Part shown: positions 58,558 to 64,000 of the stretch, piece after piece
Position numbering within the stretch: the stretch's first letter is position 1
Layout: the number at the start of each line of letters is the position of its first letter
Origin: a virus
Strand: one strand, 5' to 3'
DNA: 64,000 bases
Virus record (IMG/VR): IMGVR_UViG_3300031521_000011
Coordinates: 1-64,000 of that record
Translations under genes and position numbers: made by a program
Notes under the pieces: generated by a model
Told to the model about the DNA's origin: nothing
Database searches by the model: none
Seen by the model: the letters and a program-made list of their open reading frames with translations, nothing else

Positions 58558-59250
58558 ATGAATCAAGTTAAATTCAAGCAAAAGACTGCCACAGAAATTA
58601 TTGAGTTCCTAAAAGAAGCAAGGGCTATGAGGCCAGATGAAAGCAAACATGATCCATATAAAACCACGAAGACTGTAGGAAAGGTAAATGCCATTGATAT
58701 GGGTCTTAATATAGGACAGGACCTGGTTGCGAATATGGCTGGAGCGCTTACTGTCGGATTGGCAGGCACTGCGCTTGGTGGACATTCCAAGTTGCATACT
58801 CCAGAAGATATAGCAAAATTGAAAGAGAGCCTGGAGAGTTATAATCATACGCCTGAAGCACACACCCGATTGCACAATGTTATTAATGAAATGCAGCGTG
58901 GTGGAGAGGCAAGTCTCGGCGATACAATGAAGAACATCGGGCATAGCTTCAGACGTGATGGCTATAAGAAGACTATGGATGGAATTAAGGCAGCCACAAA
59001 AACACCGGCCTTTAAAGATGCTCTTTCATCTTTCAAGAATTCACAAAAGATTCTGATCCCTGCAGGTTTAGGATTGACGGGCCTTTATACCTTAAATGCA
59101 TATAATCAAGATCGAAAAGATCTTCTTGCTCAGCAAAAGGAAATGAAGAAAACTGCAGCAGTCATTGAGCAGTCAATGCCGCATGCCCGGCCAGAAGATA
59201 TTCCAGGGACATACTGGTGGATTCGCTCGATGATGGCCAAAAAAAAGTAA
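58558..59250 (+). CDS. K-x-A Gly-zipper protein
   Basis: GGAGG RBS; QKTA and KKTA sites; two Gly-rich hydrophobic segments. Confidence 0.65.
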   Translation: MNQVKFKQKTATEIIEFLKEARAMRPDESKHDPYKTTKTVGKVNAIDMGLNIGQDLVANMAGALTVGLAGTALGGHSKLHTPEDIAKLKESLESYNHTPEAHTRLHNVINEMQRGGEASLGDTMKNIGHSFRRDGYKKTMDGIKAATKTPAFKDALSSFKNSQKILIPAGLGLTGLYTLNAYNQDRKDLLAQQKEMKKTAAVIEQSMPHARPEDIPGTYWWIRSMMAKKK

Positions 59251-59254
59251 AGTG

Positions 59255-59281
59255 AAAGGACCCCATTTTTGGGGTCCTTTT
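59255..59281. terminator. Bidirectional terminator downstream of the tRNA
   Basis: AAAGGACCCC-ATTTTT-GGGGTCCTTT. Confidence 0.75.
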
Positions 59282-59284
59282 GAT

Positions 59285-59362
59285 TGGTTGCGGGTGAAGG
59301 ATTTGAACCTCCGAACCTTCGGGTTATGAACCCGACGAGCTACCAGACTGCTCTAACCCGCG
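59285..59362 (-). tRNA. tRNA-Met(CAU), initiator type, encoded CCA
   Basis: Full cloverleaf; C1-A72 mismatch; GGG/CCC in anticodon stem; CAT anticodon; TTCAAAT T-loop; 3' ACCA. Confidence 0.95.
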
Positions 59363-59367
59363 ATAAT

Positions 59368-59396
59368 GTTATACCATTTTTACGACTTGCTGTCAA
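59368..59396 (-). promoter_or_regulatory. SigA-type promoter of the tRNA
   Basis: TTGACA-N17-TATAAC with TG extension, directly upstream of the tRNA. Confidence 0.75.
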
Positions 59397-59644
59397 CTCT
59401 TATAAACGATTCCGTCCTCAGAGTGTGATTGAAACTGGTGGAGAGCAGAAGCAACTTCAGCCACTCCGCCCGGTTTGGAAAGCACGTTGCGCTGAAGTGC
59501 GCGAACAAATGAGTCCATAATAAGATCGAGACCACTGCTGTTGAGTAAAATGCGAAATGAATTGTCTTTATAGGTACCTGAAACTTCAAGCCTATTGTTA
59601 CCTTTTTTTTCTTCTTTCGCCTCAATAAAAAGAACCGATGCCAT
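59393..59644 (-). CDS. Hypothetical protein
   Basis: GAGGAGGTG RBS; motif at 59663-59677. Confidence 0.6.
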   Translation of the reverse strand: MASVLFIEAKEEKKGNNRLEVSGTYKDNSFRILLNSSGLDLIMDSFVRALQRNVLSKPGGVAEVASALHQFQSHSEDGIVYKS

Positions 59645-59766
59645 AACAGCACCTCCTCATTGTTTTATTACTTATACGGTTTTTCTGATTATGAAATGAA
59701 AATTGCGCCTGTTTTGAGATTGTGGTATGATAATCCAGAGAATATGCTGCGGAAGAGGTGCAAACA

Positions 59767-61236
59767 ATGAATTACACATATAGAGACGCTTTGATGGATT
59801 TAGAGAAACTTGAGTCAACATTGCTTACTGAGGAATTTGAGAAATTCGCAGAAGAGATGATGGAAAAAGAAGCTCTGCCACTTGGCGCTATTTGGAGTGG
59901 CCTCAAGGCTTTTGGAACTGGCGCAGGTCAAATATTGCGCGGTGCCGGCAGATCTGTCGCTCCTGCATTGAAGGGTGTTGGTTCAGCACTTTCAAAAGGT
60001 GTAGGCGCAAAGACCCTTGCAGAAGGTGTTGATGGCGCCAAAGGTTTGAAGAGTTCGCTTGGCGAACTTGGTAAGACAGTAAAGGGCCAGGCCTCCGGCG
60101 TCGCAGATAAGATGAAGGACCTTGGAACTCAGACTAAGAAGTTCATGAATCCTCCAAAACCGGTTGCGCCAACTCCTCCAAGTACGGCGCTGGCTACTAT
60201 TCCGAAAGAGAAGGGATTTACTACCCCGGATGGAGTGAATACCCAATCCAACACGGCGGCGGGAAGAAATGCTGGAAAGCCCAAAACTGGTCTCGCTACA
60301 ACACCGAAACCAAATACAGACTTCACCACCCCAGGCGGAGTAAATACCCATTCTGATACAGCAGCCGGAAGACGGGCTGGTTCTGGACTTCCTGCGCAAA
60401 GACCAGAAAGTGAATGGCTCATGAATACAATGATACCTAAAGAGCAAGCTGCTGGTGCAGCCGGCGCTGTCAAGAAGAAGATGCCTGAATGGGTGGTCCC
60501 CGGTGCGGTTGGTGTCGGCGCGGGTGCATTGGGTATGCATGCATACGACAATAATCAGGCGGATAAGGCTGCAAGCGATGTTTCTTGCACAGACATGCTT
60601 GGTTATATGGATGTTTTGGCGGCCTCATTATCTGAAGAAGATTTTGAGAAAATTTCTCAGGAGATTATGGAAAAGAACGCCAATGTGCTTATCAATATGG
60701 GAAAAGCCATTGGTCGGAGTGCTGAATCAGCCGGTGCTCGCAAAGCAATAGGCGCAACCCTTAAACAGGACGTTAAAGCTGCAAAAGGAACTTTTAAGGC
60801 TGGCGTTAAAGACCTGAAAGATAAGGCCAAGCTGGATAAAGGCAATGTCGGAAAACCCGCCCCCGCAGCAGCCCCGGCAGCGGCAGCTACACCAACTCCC
60901 GCAGCGGCCCCGGCAGCAGCACCGGCAGCGGCTCCACAGTCTTTAGCGACTCCAGCCCCGGCGGCCGGCGCAACCGGCGCGGCCCCGGCAGCACCTGGAA
61001 AGAAGCCAAAGAAACCTGCCTCCTTTACCGACAAGGTAAAAGCATTCGGAACAGGTGCAGGCGTAGGCGCACTCGGCGTAGGTGTTGGATCGCAGTTTAT
61101 AGGGAAGAAGCCTGATGAGCAGCAATCGGTGTATGCATGTGCCGACATCCTTCATGATTTCGATAAGGTTTCTGTTGATTTAAGTGAAGAGGACGTAGAG
61201 ACTCTTGCAAAAGAAATCCTGCGTGATATCATGTAA
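59767..61236 (+). CDS. Modular K-x-A protein with three acidic helical repeats and Ala/Pro-rich linkers
   Basis: L..EE.FEK..EE.MEK.A repeat three times (third degenerate); duplicated FTTP.GVNT.S.TAAGR; Gly-rich hydrophobic segments. Confidence 0.7.
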   Translation: MNYTYRDALMDLEKLESTLLTEEFEKFAEEMMEKEALPLGAIWSGLKAFGTGAGQILRGAGRSVAPALKGVGSALSKGVGAKTLAEGVDGAKGLKSSLGELGKTVKGQASGVADKMKDLGTQTKKFMNPPKPVAPTPPSTALATIPKEKGFTTPDGVNTQSNTAAGRNAGKPKTGLATTPKPNTDFTTPGGVNTHSDTAAGRRAGSGLPAQRPESEWLMNTMIPKEQAAGAAGAVKKKMPEWVVPGAVGVGAGALGMHAYDNNQADKAASDVSCTDMLGYMDVLAASLSEEDFEKISQEIMEKNANVLINMGKAIGRSAESAGARKAIGATLKQDVKAAKGTFKAGVKDLKDKAKLDKGNVGKPAPAAAPAAAATPTPAAAPAAAPAAAPQSLATPAPAAGATGAAPAAPGKKPKKPASFTDKVKAFGTGAGVGALGVGVGSQFIGKKPDEQQSVYACADILHDFDKVSVDLSEEDVETLAKEILRDIM

Positions 61237-61253
61237 GGACAACGGGAGGATGG

Positions 61254-62531
61254 TTGTCCATGAGTACCAGAACGCATAAGGGGCCAAATCCAAAGAATCA
61301 AGACTCTCAAAAGGTTGCGGTAACCGTTCTTGATGGTCGTATACAGAACACCATCAACATCATTGATAGTAAGCCGCATGCCAAATATATTAGATATCTG
61401 CTTTCAAAGAGATACTCTCCGAGGCAGATAAAAAATGAACTACAGCGACTAGCTCTTTCAGCGCCTCATGAGAAGGCGCTGAAAGCTTATTATTTTGCCG
61501 TCATGGATCCTGTAATTAAGACGCTTGGACTCGGAAAACTTTATTCAGATTATAAGAATAAACTTCTCCGAACTGATAACATTAAAGGTGATTTTGTTAA
61601 TTACTTGTTGAAGTTCCGGCTAGAGCTCGATAGATCTCTGGAGGACCAGGTTTCTTTTTGCAAATTTGTTCAAGAGATGGATATTGAAGAATGCTGGTCT
61701 CATGAAGTTTTGGGGTTTTATGGTACGGTAGCCAACATCCCCGAAGATGAAAATGGCAATCGAATTATCAAGACACCGAATTTCAGGGGAACAGTTCCTG
61801 AAAAGATTCTAATGAGCGAGAAGCGCTACCTGATTGATAAGTTCGTTTTAGAGAACGTTCCAGATGCCAGAATCAGCGCTTACGCCAGAACAGAACTCAA
61901 AATACCGATTACTGATGGGGATGTTTCCTATTATAAGAAAGTATTCTTCAATCTGCGCACCAAAGGTTTCGATGAAAAGATACAAGCCCTAGAGTCCGAG
62001 AAGACATCCCTGGAAAGTTTCATTGAGGTCATCGCCAGCGATAATGAGATGGAGGCCAGCGAAAGGGCGCTCATAAGGCGACAGACTAACGATAGGATCA
62101 GGGAGCTTGAGGATAGCATCAAAACATTGAACATGTTGTTCAGTGAGTCTGTAAATGGACAACTCCGCACTGAGAATGAATCTATAGAACAAATATTCCT
62201 TGATGTACTGCATCGTACACACAACCGGTTCAAGCAACTTGATAGGAGTCAGGACCGCGACGTCGTGGAACCAATATTTAAGACAGTCAGGATTCTGGCT
62301 ATGGCAGCAGATAAGCTGGAGGCTCTCAAAAAGCATGACGACTCTGGCAATGAAGACAAGCATTCACAGACAGAACTCTTGCAGCTATATAAGGCTCGTG
62401 TGGATGAGGCTTATGACGAGCAAGATGTAAAGCTAGTCAATCCGCCCGGGGGCGATGAAGATGCTGAAGGAATCCTTGGATTGGATGAGATTGGTATGAT
62501 TCCTGGAGGAGAAGAAGAGACAGACGAATGA
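61254..62531 (+). CDS. Hypothetical protein (helical/coiled-coil, acidic tail)
   Basis: 425-aa ORF with GGGAGG RBS. Confidence 0.7.
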   Translation: MSMSTRTHKGPNPKNQDSQKVAVTVLDGRIQNTINIIDSKPHAKYIRYLLSKRYSPRQIKNELQRLALSAPHEKALKAYYFAVMDPVIKTLGLGKLYSDYKNKLLRTDNIKGDFVNYLLKFRLELDRSLEDQVSFCKFVQEMDIEECWSHEVLGFYGTVANIPEDENGNRIIKTPNFRGTVPEKILMSEKRYLIDKFVLENVPDARISAYARTELKIPITDGDVSYYKKVFFNLRTKGFDEKIQALESEKTSLESFIEVIASDNEMEASERALIRRQTNDRIRELEDSIKTLNMLFSESVNGQLRTENESIEQIFLDVLHRTHNRFKQLDRSQDRDVVEPIFKTVRILAMAADKLEALKKHDDSGNEDKHSQTELLQLYKARVDEAYDEQDVKLVNPPGGDEDAEGILGLDEIGMIPGGEEETDE

Positions 62532-62533
62532 AT

Positions 62534-62575
62534 AAAAAAGGAATAGGGACCCCCATCCGGGGTCCCTATTTTTAT
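62534..62575. terminator. Bidirectional terminator
   Basis: AATAGGGACCCC...GGGGTCCCTATT flanked by A and T tracts. Confidence 0.75.
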
Positions 62576-62785
62576 TCATCACCTAGTGACTTTACTTCAC
62601 GCGCAACTCTGATGTTGTCCACGGCCTTGGCCAACGATAGCGCTACGATGTCGATTGCTCCGCCCCTTATTTTAAGACGGGTAGTTCTTGACATAATTGA
62701 ACCATCGATAATTATGTCATTGTCCTCGCTGCGAGCCTCAAGATTAATGTCTATAAGCTTCGCATCTTCAGGCGTGATAATAACC

Positions 62786-63616
62786 TCACTGTCTTGCATA
62801 TTGTCCCTCCTTTGCAGATTTATATGTTGCTCTCTCCGGAAGCTCCTCCCGGACATATGAATCAAGGAACTTAATAAAAGTGTCCCTGGTCCTTTCTTGA
62901 TTGGTGACATCCACGATGAATTTGTGGTCGTTGGTAGCCCAATCCACGAAGCACTCCAGAAGATTCATATTCATGGCCATATGGGCGATCAGCCATTCAG
63001 GCGGATCTTCTTTGCAAAGCCCATTGCCCGTATCATATTTTGCGAATTCTTCCACATTGAAACTTCCTTCGATGTCCTCAAAGAGATATATTATTTCATG
63101 CCTTAGGCCAATTTCATAAGCCATAGCATACACCTTTTCGGCAGAGTAGAACATTACATTATCCCACTTCCAGCGCCGCTGCTCTTCTGTAATTGCATCC
63201 CTAATCTTATCAACATCAAATTCCGAACTGGCAATTGTACTCTCAAGGTTGAGTGGCATTCCCTTTACATACTTGATTGCTTCTGGGCAATCAGAATCAA
63301 TTGCTCTACTACCGAGAATTTCGCGGCCATCTTTTAATTCCGAGCAAAGTGCAAGTAATTCAGAAGAATCCGCACTCATTGCAATCCGACGAGCTTCTTC
63401 CTCATTTGCAGCCTCCACCGGTACAACTATGCAGCATGATATATCCATCAGATATAATGGCTTTGGCTTCTCATCTGGACGCCCTTCAATTACAACAAGA
63501 GGAACCTCGTCAAAGTTGCCATCACTGAGTTCACCGATTCCAAGGGTGCCGAGAAGACGAGCCTGTGCCTCGGGAGTGAGGTCACGCGCCATGACTTTGA
63601 ATTGCATATTTTTCAT
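62786..63616 (-). CDS. Acidic hypothetical protein
   Basis: GGAGGGG RBS; motif at 63659-63673. Confidence 0.65.
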   Translation of the reverse strand: MKNMQFKVMARDLTPEAQARLLGTLGIGELSDGNFDEVPLVVIEGRPDEKPKPLYLMDISCCIVVPVEAANEEEARRIAMSADSSELLALCSELKDGREILGSRAIDSDCPEAIKYVKGMPLNLESTIASSEFDVDKIRDAITEEQRRWKWDNVMFYSAEKVYAMAYEIGLRHEIIYLFEDIEGSFNVEEFAKYDTGNGLCKEDPPEWLIAHMAMNMNLLECFVDWATNDHKFIVDVTNQERTRDTFIKFLDSYVREELPERATYKSAKEGQYARQ

Positions 63617-63660
63617 GCTTTCCCCTCCATAAAATTTAAGAGGAGCAATTTGCTCCTCTT

Positions 63661-63993
63661 TTATTCCTTATACCGTTTTTTCTTCTTCTTTGGATAAAAC
63701 TTCTTATAGATTTCAAAATCCCCGTATAATACTTTGCTTAATCCTTGTTGTAATCGCCTTGGGTAATGGAATGGCCAACTATGTTCTCTGCCATTGACCA
63801 TTCTGGCGGCTCGTGTCGCAATCATCTTAGCTATTGAGAAGTCGTTATCACCAGGGATGTGACAATGATATATTTCTGGTGAAGGGGCATCTTCGGGTGG
63901 TTTAAGATTCACGACGGTCCAATAACAACCGCCGCTGTTTGGATTTCTTACAACAATGAAATCTCCTCTAGAGAATCTTATGTCTCTGGACAT
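63661..63993 (-). CDS. Basic hypothetical protein
   Basis: 110-aa ORF at the window edge. Confidence 0.5.
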   Translation of the reverse strand: MSRDIRFSRGDFIVVRNPNSGGCYWTVVNLKPPEDAPSPEIYHCHIPGDNDFSIAKMIATRAARMVNGREHSWPFHYPRRLQQGLSKVLYGDFEIYKKFYPKKKKKRYKE

Positions 63994-64000
63994 AAAACCT

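Noticed and set aside
59284-59520. 78-aa ORF (MVAGEGFEPP...)
   Set aside because: Typical translation of a tRNA antisense strand
1-64000. Alternative genetic code, diversity-generating retroelement, introns/inteins, integrase or att site
   Set aside because: Conserved genes are full length in code 11 and end in TAA, TAG and TGA; no reverse transcriptase, integrase, intein or homing-endonuclease motifs were seen

Overview
This window looks like 64 kb of a large (jumbo-type) dsDNA phage genome. The host is probably a spore-forming Firmicute, inferred from strong GGAGG RBSs, a SASP-like motif and a GXT collagen. No integrase, rRNA or CRISPR array is visible. Two gene classes are separated by strand. 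(1) Minus strand: many short, early-type genes arranged as terminator / conserved motif (GTATAAGnnATAAAA, about 20 copies, all in one orientation) / RBS / ORF cassettes. They include nucleotide and NAD enzymes (PRPP-synthetase-like plus NAMPT-like NARP1 pair, dNMP kinase, dCMP deaminase, 5'-nucleotidase, Nudix, MazG-like, CoaD-like, guanylate kinase, LigA), a full WGR-HD-ART PARP, a macrodomain, anti-defence homologues (AcrVA2/FinQ, Tad1) and an initiator tRNA-Met. (2) Plus strand: islands of probable late or virion genes. These are a collagen-like fibre, a repeat-rich fibre, an NlpC/P60 lysin, and about 13 proteins carrying K-x-A motifs. About 9 of these share a portable leader/linker (MEKISMEKIA or MDKVAxYKExIYKVA) attached to unrelated payloads such as an SNF2 helicase, a ParB-like domain, a JAB-like domain and Gly-zipper segments. 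The leader sometimes occurs internally, like a polyprotein junction. This candidate capsid-cargo addressing/cleavage system is the most striking novelty. Also present are an iteron-like, AT-rich origin candidate at the strand switch (about 13.15-13.7 kb) and a highly structured non-coding stretch of about 290 nt (about 8.98-9.27 kb). All family calls come from recognising motifs by eye, not from database searches.
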